Assembly (NCBI GenBank): GCA_903908245.1
Contig: CAIVRE010000007.1
Span: 4,984-68,983 of the forward strand
Direction of reading: 5' to 3'
Source of the DNA: Candidatus Omnitrophota bacterium
GTDB taxonomy: Bacteria > Omnitrophota > Gorgyraeia > Zapsychrales > Fredricksoniimonadaceae
DNA length: 64,000 bases
The position numbers and the translations under genes are program-made. The notes under the pieces were generated by a model. The model saw nothing but the letters and a program-made list of their open reading frames with translations, did not search any database and was not told the DNA's origin. Of this stretch, positions 17,455-28,699 are shown piece by piece. The stretch's first letter is position 1. Each line of letters opens with the position of its first letter.

Positions 17455-19431
17455 ATGAATGCGTTTGCGCTCCAATCTTCTTTTAAACTCATCCCAGACC
17501 AGAAGCGCGCGGCCGACGAACTGACCGCCGGCATTGAGCGCGGCGATAAAGCGCAGGTGCTTCTGGGGGTTACCGGCAGCGGCAAGACCTTCACGCTGGC
17601 CAATGTGATCGCCCGGCTGAACCGTCCGACCCTGGTTATTTCGCACAATAAAACCCTGGCCGCGCAGCTTTACGGCGAGTTCAGGGAATTCTTCCCTGCG
17701 AATGCGGTGGAATATTTTGTCAGTTATTACGATTATTACCAGCCGGAAGCCTATATTCCCTCGACTGATGTTTATATTGAGAAAGACTCCTCCATCAATG
17801 ACAGGCTCGACCGCCTTCGCCTGGCCGCGACGACTTCGCTGATGTCCCGGCGGGATACGATCGTGGTAGCCAGCGTTTCATGCATTTACAACCTGGGTTC
17901 GCCGGAGGACTACCAGAACAGCCTGGTGTTCTTTAAGCGCGGGGAGTCCGCTGGCCGCGATGAGGTCCTGCGCCGCCTCCTGGATATTCAGTATGAACGC
18001 AATGATTATGAGTTTGCCCGCGGCAAGATCCGTGTGCGGGGGGATGTGGTGGAGATATTTCCGGCCTATCGTCAGGACGCTTTGCGGGTCGAGTTCTTCG
18101 GGGATGAGATCGAGCGCATCAAGATGATCGACCCGTTGTCCGGCGAGGCGTTGACCGAGCTTGAGCAGGCGGCCGTGTATCCGGCCAAGCATTTTGTTGT
18201 TTCCGAGCCAAGGATGGAAGAGGCGCTTAAAGAGATCGAGCGGGAACTTGAGGGCCGCTTAAAAGAACTTGAGGGCCGGGGGAAGTTGCTGGAAGCCCAG
18301 CGTCTGCGGTCACGGACACGTTATGACATGGAGATGATGCGGGAGGCCGGTTATTGTAACGGTATCGAGAATTATTCGCGGGTGCTCAGCGGCCGCCCGC
18401 CGGGGGCAAGGCCGCATTGCCTGATCGATTATTTCCCGAAAGACCTGCTGGTGGTCATTGACGAGTCGCATGTGACCATTCCCCAGATCCACGGGATGTA
18501 TGCCGGCGACCGTTCCCGCAAGGAGATGCTTGTTGAGCACGGGTTTCGCCTGCCGTCGTGCCTGGACAATCGTCCGCTGAAGTACGCCGAGTTCGAGCCG
18601 TTGGCGGGCCAGGTTGTCTATGTTTCGGCGACTCCCGATGAATTTGAGGTCAGGCGGGCCGGAGGAAAGCTTGTGGAGCAGGTCATCCGCCCTACGGGGA
18701 TCCCGGATCCGGTGATCGAGGTTCGTCCCACCGCGGGGCAGGTTGAGGACCTTTTGGCGGAGGTGCATTCCCGGGCGAAGAAGTCCGAGCGGGTGCTGGT
18801 GACAACGCTGACCAAGCGGATGTCGGAAGACCTGGCGGATTATTTGAATGACCGCGGGGTGAAGGTCAAGTATCTTCATTCGGATATCGAGACCATTGAG
18901 CGGACCAGGATCCTGCAGGACCTTCGGTTGAAGAAGTATGACTGCCTGGTCGGTGTGAATTTGTTGCGCGAGGGATTAGATCTGCCGGAAGTGTCTTTGG
19001 TTGCGATCTTTGATGCGGACAAACAGGGGTTTCTGCGTTCCCAGACCGCATTGATCCAGACCGCCGGACGGGCGGCCCGGAACAAGGACGGCATGGTCAT
19101 TATGTATGCGGATACGACAAGTCCTGCCATGCGGGCCATGGTGGCGGAATGTGACCGGCGCCGCAAGATCCAGTTGAAGTTCAATGCGGATAACGGCATT
19201 ACGCCGGCAACGATCATCAAAGCGATCAATGCGGGGATCGAGGTGTGGTCGGAGGCCGAGGAGCTGGTCCGGGAAGTGGCCGGCCAGGATAAAGAACAGT
19301 ATGAGTTCTCAAAGATGATCGATGAGCTGGAAAGGCAGATGGAACGGTCGGCCAGAAATCTGGAATTTGAGAAAGCCGCGAAGTTTCGGGACCGGATCGC
19401 GGAATTAAAGAAGATCGGGGATACCCAATGA
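17455..19431 (+). CDS. uvrB: Excinuclease ABC subunit B
   Basis: GVTGSGKT, YYDYYQPEAY, DESH, LLREGLD, C-terminal UVR domain. Confidence 0.98.
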   Translation: MNAFALQSSFKLIPDQKRAADELTAGIERGDKAQVLLGVTGSGKTFTLANVIARLNRPTLVISHNKTLAAQLYGEFREFFPANAVEYFVSYYDYYQPEAYIPSTDVYIEKDSSINDRLDRLRLAATTSLMSRRDTIVVASVSCIYNLGSPEDYQNSLVFFKRGESAGRDEVLRRLLDIQYERNDYEFARGKIRVRGDVVEIFPAYRQDALRVEFFGDEIERIKMIDPLSGEALTELEQAAVYPAKHFVVSEPRMEEALKEIERELEGRLKELEGRGKLLEAQRLRSRTRYDMEMMREAGYCNGIENYSRVLSGRPPGARPHCLIDYFPKDLLVVIDESHVTIPQIHGMYAGDRSRKEMLVEHGFRLPSCLDNRPLKYAEFEPLAGQVVYVSATPDEFEVRRAGGKLVEQVIRPTGIPDPVIEVRPTAGQVEDLLAEVHSRAKKSERVLVTTLTKRMSEDLADYLNDRGVKVKYLHSDIETIERTRILQDLRLKKYDCLVGVNLLREGLDLPEVSLVAIFDADKQGFLRSQTALIQTAGRAARNKDGMVIMYADTTSPAMRAMVAECDRRRKIQLKFNADNGITPATIIKAINAGIEVWSEAEELVREVAGQDKEQYEFSKMIDELERQMERSARNLEFEKAAKFRDRIAELKKIGDTQ

Positions 19432-20105
19432 TAAATAAAATGATGCGGCCGGGGACACGTACCAAATCACAGTGGAAAATGCATGTGCTGATTTGGAACA
19501 TGTCCCCGTTAGTCTTGTTGGCGTTGTGTGGTTGCGCTGTCCTTGAAGCGACTGGCGAGGCCGTCGGGGTGGTGGGTAAGGCCGGATGGGCTGCGACCAA
19601 GGCGGTGGGCAGTGTGGTGTATACCGGCACGTCCATGGCCGGGCAGACCGCCAGCCAGACCAACAAGACCATGTCACGTTCTTCCGGGCGCCGTGATGAG
19701 GGGATATCGGTCAGCGGGGACAAGACAGTGGTCCCCCTGGAGCAGGAAGGCAAAAGTTATTATGTGCGCCTTAAGGTCAATAACAACATTTCAGGGCGGT
19801 TCCTGCTGGATACCGGTGCCAGTGCCGTACAGATATCCAAGGCCATGGCCAAACGGCTTAAGGTCTTGAAGAATAAAAGCCAGGCTATCCCTGTTACGCT
19901 GGCGGGTGGCGCGGTGGTGGCAGGGCGGATGGTCACGCTTGAGAAGGTCAAACTCGGCGGGATGACGGCGTATAATGTGAAAGCGATCATCCTTGACTAT
20001 GAGCAGAAACAGTCGTCGGATGGATTGCTCGGGATGTCGTTCCTCGAGAATTTTGTTTTTCAGATCGATACCCAGAAGAACGAGCTTACGCTCAGGCGGC
20101 GTTAA
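19428..20105 (+). CDS. Retropepsin-like (clan AA) aspartic protease, probable lipoprotein
   Basis: LLDTGAS and GLLGMSFL motifs; lipobox LCGC; true start may be ATG 19479 or 19500. Confidence 0.82.
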   Translation: MINKMMRPGTRTKSQWKMHVLIWNMSPLVLLALCGCAVLEATGEAVGVVGKAGWAATKAVGSVVYTGTSMAGQTASQTNKTMSRSSGRRDEGISVSGDKTVVPLEQEGKSYYVRLKVNNNISGRFLLDTGASAVQISKAMAKRLKVLKNKSQAIPVTLAGGAVVAGRMVTLEKVKLGGMTAYNVKAIILDYEQKQSSDGLLGMSFLENFVFQIDTQKNELTLRRR

Positions 20106-20113
20106 ATAACGGG

Positions 20114-21115
20114 ATGTGCATGAAAAAACATAAGGCGGTCGGTTTATTATCCGGCGGGTTAGACAGCGCTCTGGCGGCAAAGCTTCTTTTGGACCAGGGG
20201 ATCGAGGTCCATGCGGTCAATATCAGCATGCCCTGGGGGTGCGGCCGTCCGTCGAGGGTGATCAAACTCGCGGAGCAGCTGGGGATACCGTTCGTAAGCA
20301 TCCCGTTGGGGGATGATTATCTTCCTGTCCTGAAAACCCCCCGATATGGTTTTGGCGTAGCGCATAATCCGTGTGTGGATTGTCATATTTACATGCTCAA
20401 GAAGGCAGCTGAATATATGAGAGAGATCGGCGCGGCGTTCGTATTCACCGGTGAGGTGATCGGCCAGCGTCCGATGTCCCAGCGGCGCAAGTGCCTTGAC
20501 TGGGTTGAACAGGGTTCGGGCATCCCAGGGCGTGTGCTCAGGCCGTTATCCGCCCGATTGCTGGAGGTGACGATCCCGGAGAAGGAAGGGATCGTTGACC
20601 GTGCGAAGCTCCTGGACCTGGTGGGCCGTAACCGGCGGCGGCAATTGGATATGGCCGTGGAACTGGGGCTCACCGGTTTTTCCACGCCCGGCGGCGGGTG
20701 CCTGCTTACCGAGAAAGTGTTCGGCCGTCGTGTTAAAGATGTGCTCGCCAGGGGTTGTGATTCGATCAGGGAGACGGCTATTCTTGGCGCGGGGCGGTAT
20801 TTTCGCCTTAGCGATGATGCGTTCGTTCTTCTGGGTCGCGATCAGGAGGAGAATGACTTCTTGTTAAAGTATGCCATTGGCACCGATATTGTTTTTCGTA
20901 CGTATGATTTCCCGAGTCCGACGGTCGTTCTGCGCGGCAAGAATATCACTGAGGCACAAATGGCTTTATCGGCCGGTTTGCTGCAGTTCTTTTCAAAGTA
21001 TTGCGATGCTGTCCCTAAACTTGTTCCGTGCTGGACCAGCGCATCGCCTGATGCCGTTCGTCAGGTCCTGGCAGATATTCCTTCGGAACAGTTCCTTAAA
21101 GAGATCTGGATGTAA
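20114..21115 (+). CDS. PP-loop tRNA-modifying (ThiI/MnmA-like) protein
   Basis: SGGLDS PP-loop, NPCVDCH, TGEV.GQRPMSQ, GGGCLLT. Confidence 0.8.
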   Translation: MCMKKHKAVGLLSGGLDSALAAKLLLDQGIEVHAVNISMPWGCGRPSRVIKLAEQLGIPFVSIPLGDDYLPVLKTPRYGFGVAHNPCVDCHIYMLKKAAEYMREIGAAFVFTGEVIGQRPMSQRRKCLDWVEQGSGIPGRVLRPLSARLLEVTIPEKEGIVDRAKLLDLVGRNRRRQLDMAVELGLTGFSTPGGGCLLTEKVFGRRVKDVLARGCDSIRETAILGAGRYFRLSDDAFVLLGRDQEENDFLLKYAIGTDIVFRTYDFPSPTVVLRGKNITEAQMALSAGLLQFFSKYCDAVPKLVPCWTSASPDAVRQVLADIPSEQFLKEIWM

Positions 21116-21170
21116 TGTGTCCCGGTTTTTGCTTGCCTTTTCAACCCTGGCGCTTTAATCTGTTTTTTAT

Positions 21171-21920
21171 ATGATCTGTGCTATTGATATAGGGAATTCA
21201 ACGATCGGGTTCGCGTTCCTTAAGGACGGGAAGGTTGCTCATGTGGCCTGGATCGAGAATGAGCCACAGAGCGAGCTGGTACGCGTCAAGCTTGACAATT
21301 TCCTGGAGTCTGCGGCGGTACGTTATTCCATCAAGAGTGCGGTTGTCTGCAGTGTTGTTCCGGATACGCTAAAAGTCCTTTCCCGCAAGATCGTGAAGGC
21401 CTGGGGCGTCAAGCCGCTGGTGGTGGGGCGGGATATAAAGATCCCCATAAAGAACCGTTACAAGAGCCCGCGGCAGGTCGGTCGTGACCGGTTGCTTTGC
21501 GGGTTTGCTGTTCGGGAATTGTATGGCATGCCCGCGGTTGTTATTGATCTTGGAACGGCGATCACTTTCGACGGGATATCGCCGAAGGGCGATTATTTGG
21601 GCGGGGCGATCATCCCGGGCCTGCGGTTGTCGGCCGAGGCATTGTTCGAGAAGACGGCGTTGCTTCCGCGGGTGCATATCGCAGAGCCGAGAAAAGTGAT
21701 CGGCGCTTCAACAGAAGAAAGTATCCAGAGCGGTCTTTTTCATGGCTATGGTTCTTTGTGTGACGGAATGGTGCTCCGGTTGGCAGAGGAGATGAAATGT
21801 CATCCGAAAGTGGTGATGACCGGCGGTTATGCGTCTGTGATGCACCGGTTCATGAAACATCCTGTTGAGGCGGTTGACGAGCATCTGATCTTTAAAGGAA
21901 TGGGACTGCTGACCGGATAA
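21171..21920 (+). CDS. coaX: Type III pantothenate kinase
   Basis: IDIGNS, SVVP, G.DR, DLGTA.T.D, GGAI.PG, TGG. Confidence 0.93.
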   Translation: MICAIDIGNSTIGFAFLKDGKVAHVAWIENEPQSELVRVKLDNFLESAAVRYSIKSAVVCSVVPDTLKVLSRKIVKAWGVKPLVVGRDIKIPIKNRYKSPRQVGRDRLLCGFAVRELYGMPAVVIDLGTAITFDGISPKGDYLGGAIIPGLRLSAEALFEKTALLPRVHIAEPRKVIGASTEESIQSGLFHGYGSLCDGMVLRLAEEMKCHPKVVMTGGYASVMHRFMKHPVEAVDEHLIFKGMGLLTG

Positions 21921-21921
21921 T

Positions 21922-23247
21922 ATGATAGATGCTCCCCAGATATTCTTTGGCATTCCGGCTTTTGGCGGGTTTTTGTCCGCAATATGCCTTTTTTTCGGAT
22001 GGCGGGCCGGAAAACGCCAGTGGCTGCTGAATAGTTTGCCGACAAGTAAAACAACCGGTGTGTTCATTGGCGTGGTCGAGCTTAAAGGCACAGCCGAAAC
22101 GGAAAGAGCGTTGACCAGTTATTTGGCCAGGTCACAATGTGTTTATTATCGTTGGGTTGTTGAGGAGCATTGGTCAAGGACGGTCACTGAAACCTATACG
22201 GATAGTAAAGGCCAGAGTCAGACGAGGACAAGAACGGAAAGCGGCCGGACCACGGTGGCGCAAGGCGGCGAGGAGCCTCCGTTTTATTTGAAAGATGACT
22301 GTGGCGTTATCCGTGTCCAGCCCGCCGGCGCCAGGATCGAGCCGAAGACGGTATTCGATCAAACCTGCGGTCAGGGGGACCCCTTGTATTATGGCCGCGG
22401 GCCGCAAGGCGCGGTTGCGGATTCAGATCATCGGCGTACTTTTACGGAATATGCGATCCCTCTTCATGAGCCATTGTATGTGATGGGACAGGCGCGCGAG
22501 CGCGACGATATTGTTGCCGCCGAGATAGCCGCGGATAAACGCGCGCCGATGTTCCTGATCTCGACGCGCACCGAGGGGCAGATCGCCGGAGGGTTCCAGA
22601 AGACATTCTGGTGGCTTACTGTTATCGGGTTCATTTGCGTGGCCGGCAGTTTTCTTGTGCGCGATATGATGTCGGGGGTTGATCCGGGGTCTGACCTGAT
22701 CTTCTTGATCTTATTCAGTCTCCTTTATTTCCTGATATGGTTCATGGGTTGTGGCTGGATCCTTTATAATAATCTTGTTGAGGTCCGGATGCGTGTCCGG
22801 CAAAGTTGGGCCAATGTGGATGTCCAGCTGAAACGGCGGTATGAATTGATCCCCAGTCTGGTCAATGCGGTCACTGGCCTTAAGGATTATGAGCGGAACG
22901 TGCAGACCGAATTGTCCATGCTGCGGGCTCAGCTATCGGCGACGCCTCCCGGACAGCCTGGCTTGGACTACGCCGGGTGTTTGCCCAAGATCAAGGCGGT
23001 GGTAGAGGCGTATCCTGAGCTTGGATCTAACGGGGCTTTCTTGAACTTACAAAAACAGTTGTCTGATACGGAAGACCGGATCGCGTTGGCGCGGTCTTAT
23101 TTTAATGATGTCGCTTCTTTTTATAATGCCCGGATCGAGAGCCTTCCGGATGTGTATATCGCTTTGTTGGCGGGAATGGAAGCGCAGACTTTGATGACCG
23201 CAGACGCTTTTGAACGGGCGCCGGTCACTGTACACTTGGCCTCTTAG
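21922..23247 (+). CDS. GIDE-like domain + LemA fusion membrane protein
   Basis: N-terminal TM, PTSK...G.VELKG, PFYL.D..G; C-terminal W.NVDVQLKRR.ELIP.LV, E.YPEL, E.RIA.AR..FN. Confidence 0.85.
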   Translation: MIDAPQIFFGIPAFGGFLSAICLFFGWRAGKRQWLLNSLPTSKTTGVFIGVVELKGTAETERALTSYLARSQCVYYRWVVEEHWSRTVTETYTDSKGQSQTRTRTESGRTTVAQGGEEPPFYLKDDCGVIRVQPAGARIEPKTVFDQTCGQGDPLYYGRGPQGAVADSDHRRTFTEYAIPLHEPLYVMGQARERDDIVAAEIAADKRAPMFLISTRTEGQIAGGFQKTFWWLTVIGFICVAGSFLVRDMMSGVDPGSDLIFLILFSLLYFLIWFMGCGWILYNNLVEVRMRVRQSWANVDVQLKRRYELIPSLVNAVTGLKDYERNVQTELSMLRAQLSATPPGQPGLDYAGCLPKIKAVVEAYPELGSNGAFLNLQKQLSDTEDRIALARSYFNDVASFYNARIESLPDVYIALLAGMEAQTLMTADAFERAPVTVHLAS

Positions 23248-23262
23248 AATGGGCAGTTTTAG

Positions 23263-23287
23263 AAAACCGCATTTTGGCGGTTTTTTT
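23263..23287 (+). terminator. Rho-independent terminator after the lemA-like gene
   Basis: aaaaccgc-attttg-gcggtttt stem followed by a T run. Confidence 0.6.
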
Positions 23288-23298
23288 GTAATGGCCTG

Positions 23299-23325
23299 TT
23301 GGCACTCTAGACTAATGTTTGCCAG
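23299..23325 (+). promoter_or_regulatory. CIRCE-like (HrcA) operator, upstream copy
   Basis: TTGGCACTC-N9-GTTTGCCAG vs consensus TTAGCACTC-N9-GAGTGCTAA; upstream of groES. Confidence 0.6.
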
Positions 23326-23349
23326 AATCGCCATAAACAAAAAAAATTC

Positions 23350-23377
23350 TTGACAATAACATCACTTTCTTGATAAT
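23350..23377 (+). promoter_or_regulatory. Sigma70-type promoter of groESL
   Basis: TTGACA-16 nt-GATAAT preceded by an A-tract. Confidence 0.65.
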
Positions 23378-23403
23378 TAGCAGTCTTAGGAAATCATTGC
23401 CAA
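23377..23403 (+). promoter_or_regulatory. CIRCE-like (HrcA) operator, downstream copy
   Basis: TTAGCAGTC-N9-CATTGCCAA abutting the -10 box. Confidence 0.65.
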
Positions 23404-23476
23404 GCGTAAATTCGAGAATTGCGCAAGGCAAAATCGGATAAAAAGGTCAAGTTAAAGTCCAACAAGGAGGTAAGTA

Positions 23477-23767
23477 ATGAAGCTTCAACCACTCGCAGAC
23501 AGGATCATCATTCAGCCTCTTTCTGCCGAAGAAGTCACCAAGGGCGGTATTGTCCTTCCTGACACGGCAAAAGAGAAGCCCCAGGAAGGCAAAGTTGTTG
23601 CCGCGGGGAAAGGCAAAGTGCTCGATAACGGGCAGGTTCAGGCCCTTGAGGTCAAGGTGGGCGATATTGTGCTTTACGGCAAATATAGCGGCACCGAGAT
23701 CAAGGATAAGGACGGCACCGCGCTGTTGATCATTCGTGAGGAAGAAGTCCTGGCGATCGTCAAGTAA
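23477..23767 (+). CDS. groES: Co-chaperonin GroES
   Basis: [32 protein letters not shown]. Confidence 0.98.
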   Translation: MKLQPLADRIIIQPLSAEEVTKGGIVLPDTAKEKPQEGKVVAAGKGKVLDNGQVQALEVKVGDIVLYGKYSGTEIKDKDGTALLIIREEEVLAIVK

Positions 23768-23788
23768 TATCGTTTGTGTTGATAAAAT

Positions 23789-25505
<1,717 letters not shown>

Positions 25506-25531
25506 GAATTCTGCCATAGGCAGAATTCTTA

Positions 25532-25569
25532 AAAGCCCTGGGTTCTCGCAAGAGTTCCCAGGGCTTTTT
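25532..25569 (+). terminator. Rho-independent terminator after groEL
   Basis: aaagccctggg...cccagggcttt stem followed by a T run. Confidence 0.8.
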
Positions 25570-25572
25570 ATA

Positions 25573-25600
25573 TTGACTTTTCTATATAATAATATATAAT
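25573..25600 (+). promoter_or_regulatory. Sigma70-type promoter of guaB3-guaA
   Basis: TTGACT-16 nt-TATAAT. Confidence 0.55.
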
Positions 25601-25680
25601 ACAAGGCTATAATCACAATCCTAAAATGGTGAAAACTGTTAAAATTCTGTAAATAATTGAAAGTACGGAGGTTAGGTCGT

Positions 25681-26841
25681 ATGGCAGATTGGATCGGCAT
25701 AAACAGGCGGGCGCGCCGTTGTTACGGTTTTGATGAAGTTGCTCTTGTCCCTGGTGATAAAACCATTAATCCCAATGAAGTGGATGTTTCCTGGGCTATT
25801 GGGAAAATGAAGTTCGATATCCCGATCCTGGCGGCGTCTATGGACGGTGTTGTTAATGTAAAATTTGCGATCGAAATGGGCAAAATGGGCGGTATCGCCT
25901 CCATTAATCTGGACGGCGTTCAGACCCGTTATGAGAATCCCGATGAGATCCTCGATCAGATCGCTGAATCTTCACCGGAAGAAGCGACCAAGCTCATTCA
26001 GAGCCTTTATCTTAAGCCGGTGAAAGAGGCGCTGATCGCCAAGCGTATTGAAGAGATCAAGAAGCATAAAGTTCCCGCCATAGTGAGCTGTATCCCGCAA
26101 AACGCGAAGCGGTTCCATCAGATCGCGGAAGAGGCCGGATGTGACGTGTTCATCGTTCAGTCTACCGTTGCGACCGTCAAGCATGTTTCAAGTGAATATA
26201 AAGTTCTTGATATCGAGAAGTTCTGCAAAGAATCCAGGATCCCGATCATGGTTGGCAATACCGTTACTTATGATGTGACGCTTGAGCTGATGGAGATCGG
26301 TGCGTCTGCTATTCTGGTCGGTATCGGTCCCGGCGCGGCATGTACCAGCCGCGGCGTTCTGGGGATCGGCATTCCGCAGATCACGGCGACCGTTGATTGT
26401 GCGGCGGCGCGCGATCACTTCTTCAAGCGCAAGGGGAAGTATGTCCCAATCATTACCGATGGCGGGATGCGTATCGGCGGTGAGATCTGCAAGGCGATCG
26501 CTGCTGGCGGTGACGCGTGTATGGTCGGTTCCGCTTTTGCCAAGGCGTTCGAAGCGCCGGGCCGCGGATACCACTGGGGAATGGCCACCTCGAACGCGAA
26601 CCTTCCGCGTGGAACGCGCGTCAAGGTCGGGCAAGCCGGTACGCTCAAGGAGATCCTTCTCGGACCCGCCAAAGTCGATGATGGTTCACAGAATTTGGTC
26701 GGGGCTCTTAAGACTTCCATGGGGTCGCTGGGCGCGTCGAATATCAAAGAGATGCACGATGTGGAGATCATTATCGCCCATTCCTTCCAGAGCGAAGGCA
26801 AGGTCTTCCAGATGAACCAAAAAGTGGGCATGGGGAAATAA
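25681..26841 (+). CDS. guaB3: GuaB3-family IMP dehydrogenase
   Basis: RR.YGFDEVALVP, MDGVV, GIGPGAACTSR (catalytic Cys), DGG, HWGMAT, LPRGTR; no CBS domains; GGAGG SD before ATG 25681. Confidence 0.9.
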   Translation: MADWIGINRRARRCYGFDEVALVPGDKTINPNEVDVSWAIGKMKFDIPILAASMDGVVNVKFAIEMGKMGGIASINLDGVQTRYENPDEILDQIAESSPEEATKLIQSLYLKPVKEALIAKRIEEIKKHKVPAIVSCIPQNAKRFHQIAEEAGCDVFIVQSTVATVKHVSSEYKVLDIEKFCKESRIPIMVGNTVTYDVTLELMEIGASAILVGIGPGAACTSRGVLGIGIPQITATVDCAAARDHFFKRKGKYVPIITDGGMRIGGEICKAIAAGGDACMVGSAFAKAFEAPGRGYHWGMATSNANLPRGTRVKVGQAGTLKEILLGPAKVDDGSQNLVGALKTSMGSLGASNIKEMHDVEIIIAHSFQSEGKVFQMNQKVGMGK

Positions 26842-26853
26842 AGGGAGATATCA

Positions 26854-28590
26854 ATGCCGAAAGTCAAGAAGCCTGTAAAACCGGTTGCGGTAAATATTGC
26901 CAAGCCCAAGTTCAAGGCCAAGCCGAAATATCAGCTGAAGCTCAGGAAGCTCGCTCCGTCGTATAACAGCGCGTACAGGGGAGAGAACCAGAAGGTCAGT
27001 CTGCTTAAGGGCAGTACCAAGACATTGAACATCAAGGTGAAGAAGCCCAGAAGCCGCGATATTATCCTTGTGCTTGATTTCGGGTCGCAGTATACCCAGT
27101 TGATCGCCCGCCGTATCCGTGAAAGCAAGGTTTTCAGCCAGATCGTTCCTTTTAATATCACTCCTGATAAGATCAGGGAGATGGGTGCGAAGGGCCTTGT
27201 CTTTTCCGGCGGCCCGATGAGCGTTTATGATAAAGGTGCTCCCCAGCCTAATAAAGATGTCCTGAAGATGGGCCTGCCGATCTTGGGTATTTGTTACGGG
27301 ATGCAGGTCATTACACATATGATGGGCGGCAAGGTCAATAAATGCAAGGACCGTGAGTATGGCCGTGCCGAGCTTTTTGTTGACAGCAATAAGGACCTTT
27401 TTTCCAATTTGCCTACCAACCTGACGTGCTGGATGAGCCATGGCGATGAGATCATGCAGGTCCCGCCTGGTTTCGAGAAGATCGCGCATACGCTTAATAA
27501 CAATTGTGCTGCGATCGCTAACCGTTCAAAAAAGATCTATGGCGTTCAATTCCATCCGGAAGTTGTTCATACCCAGCGGGGTTTGAATATCGTTCAGAAT
27601 TTCGTGATGGGGGTTTGCAGTTGCTTGCCGCGCTGGACGATGGACCGGTTCATTGAGTCTGCTGTCAAGCGTATCCAGGAGACTGTCGGCAAGAAGAAGG
27701 TCGTGTTGGGGCTTTCCGGCGGGGTTGATTCGTCGGTGGCGGCGATGCTTCTGCACAGGGCGATCGGGAATAACCTTTATTGTATCTTTGTTGATAACGG
27801 GCTGCTGCGTAAGAACGAAGGGCAGTCGGTTTACAAGAATTATAAAGTTAATTTTAAAATGAACGTGATGATGGTCGATGCGTCCAAGCGATTTATTTCC
27901 GAGCTAAAGGGCGTGACCGATCCGGAAGAGAAACGCAAGATCATCGGTCGTGTTTTTGTGGAGGTCTTCCAGGAGAACGCGAAAAAGATCAAGGGCGCGG
28001 AGTTCCTGGCCCAGGGTACGCTTTATCCGGATGTTATTGAATCTGTTTCTCCGATCGGCGGGCCATCCGCCGTGATCAAGAGCCATCATAATGTGGGCGG
28101 GTTGCCCAAGTCGTTGCACCTGGAGCTTATTGAGCCGTTGCGCGATCTTTTTAAAGATGAAGTCCGTGCGATCGGTAAAGTGATGGCCATGCCGGAAGTC
28201 CTGCTGAAGCGGCAGCCGTTCCCCGGGCCTGGCCTTGCGATCCGCATTCTGGGAGATATCACCGAAGACCGGCTTAATGTTTTGCGTGAAGCCGACGAGC
28301 GGGTGCTGGAAGAAGTGAAGCGCTCCAATCTTTACAATGAGATATGGCAGTCATTCGCGATCCTTTTGCCGATCAAGACCGTGGGTGTGATGGGAGATCA
28401 GCGCACGTACGAGAATGTGATCGCTATCCGCTGTGTTTCCAGTGTGGACGGAATGACCGCGGATTGGGTGCAGTTGCCGTATGAGCTGATGGGGAAGATG
28501 TCGAATCGTATCATTAATGAGGTCCGCGGTGTGAACCGTGTGGTGTACGATATCAGTTCCAAGCCGCCGGCGACCATTGAATGGGAATAA
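26854..28590 (+). CDS. guaA: Glutamine-hydrolysing GMP synthase with a basic N-terminal extension
   Basis: [34 protein letters not shown]. Confidence 0.97.
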   Translation: MPKVKKPVKPVAVNIAKPKFKAKPKYQLKLRKLAPSYNSAYRGENQKVSLLKGSTKTLNIKVKKPRSRDIILVLDFGSQYTQLIARRIRESKVFSQIVPFNITPDKIREMGAKGLVFSGGPMSVYDKGAPQPNKDVLKMGLPILGICYGMQVITHMMGGKVNKCKDREYGRAELFVDSNKDLFSNLPTNLTCWMSHGDEIMQVPPGFEKIAHTLNNNCAAIANRSKKIYGVQFHPEVVHTQRGLNIVQNFVMGVCSCLPRWTMDRFIESAVKRIQETVGKKKVVLGLSGGVDSSVAAMLLHRAIGNNLYCIFVDNGLLRKNEGQSVYKNYKVNFKMNVMMVDASKRFISELKGVTDPEEKRKIIGRVFVEVFQENAKKIKGAEFLAQGTLYPDVIESVSPIGGPSAVIKSHHNVGGLPKSLHLELIEPLRDLFKDEVRAIGKVMAMPEVLLKRQPFPGPGLAIRILGDITEDRLNVLREADERVLEEVKRSNLYNEIWQSFAILLPIKTVGVMGDQRTYENVIAIRCVSSVDGMTADWVQLPYELMGKMSNRIINEVRGVNRVVYDISSKPPATIEWE

Positions 28591-28612
28591 AGATTGATAT
28601 TCGGTAACATTT

Positions 28613-28688
28613 GTAGGGGCGACCCGTTGGGTCGCCCTTCTGTTTATGTCCCCTGCGACGCGAGGGCGACCCAACGGGTCGCCCCTAC
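28613..28688. repeat. REP doublet (REPIN/BIME-like), two inverted GTAG-type REPs
   Basis: gtaggggcgacccgttgggtcgccct (28613-28638) and its exact reverse complement (28663-28688); each arm is itself a hairpin. Confidence 0.88.
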
Positions 28689-28699
28689 GATAAAAGAAT

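Noticed and set aside
25605-25670. Possible purine riboswitch before guaB3 (tataat...aatgg...ctgtaaa)
   Set aside because: The core UUUCUAC junction and proper P1-P3 pairing are absent
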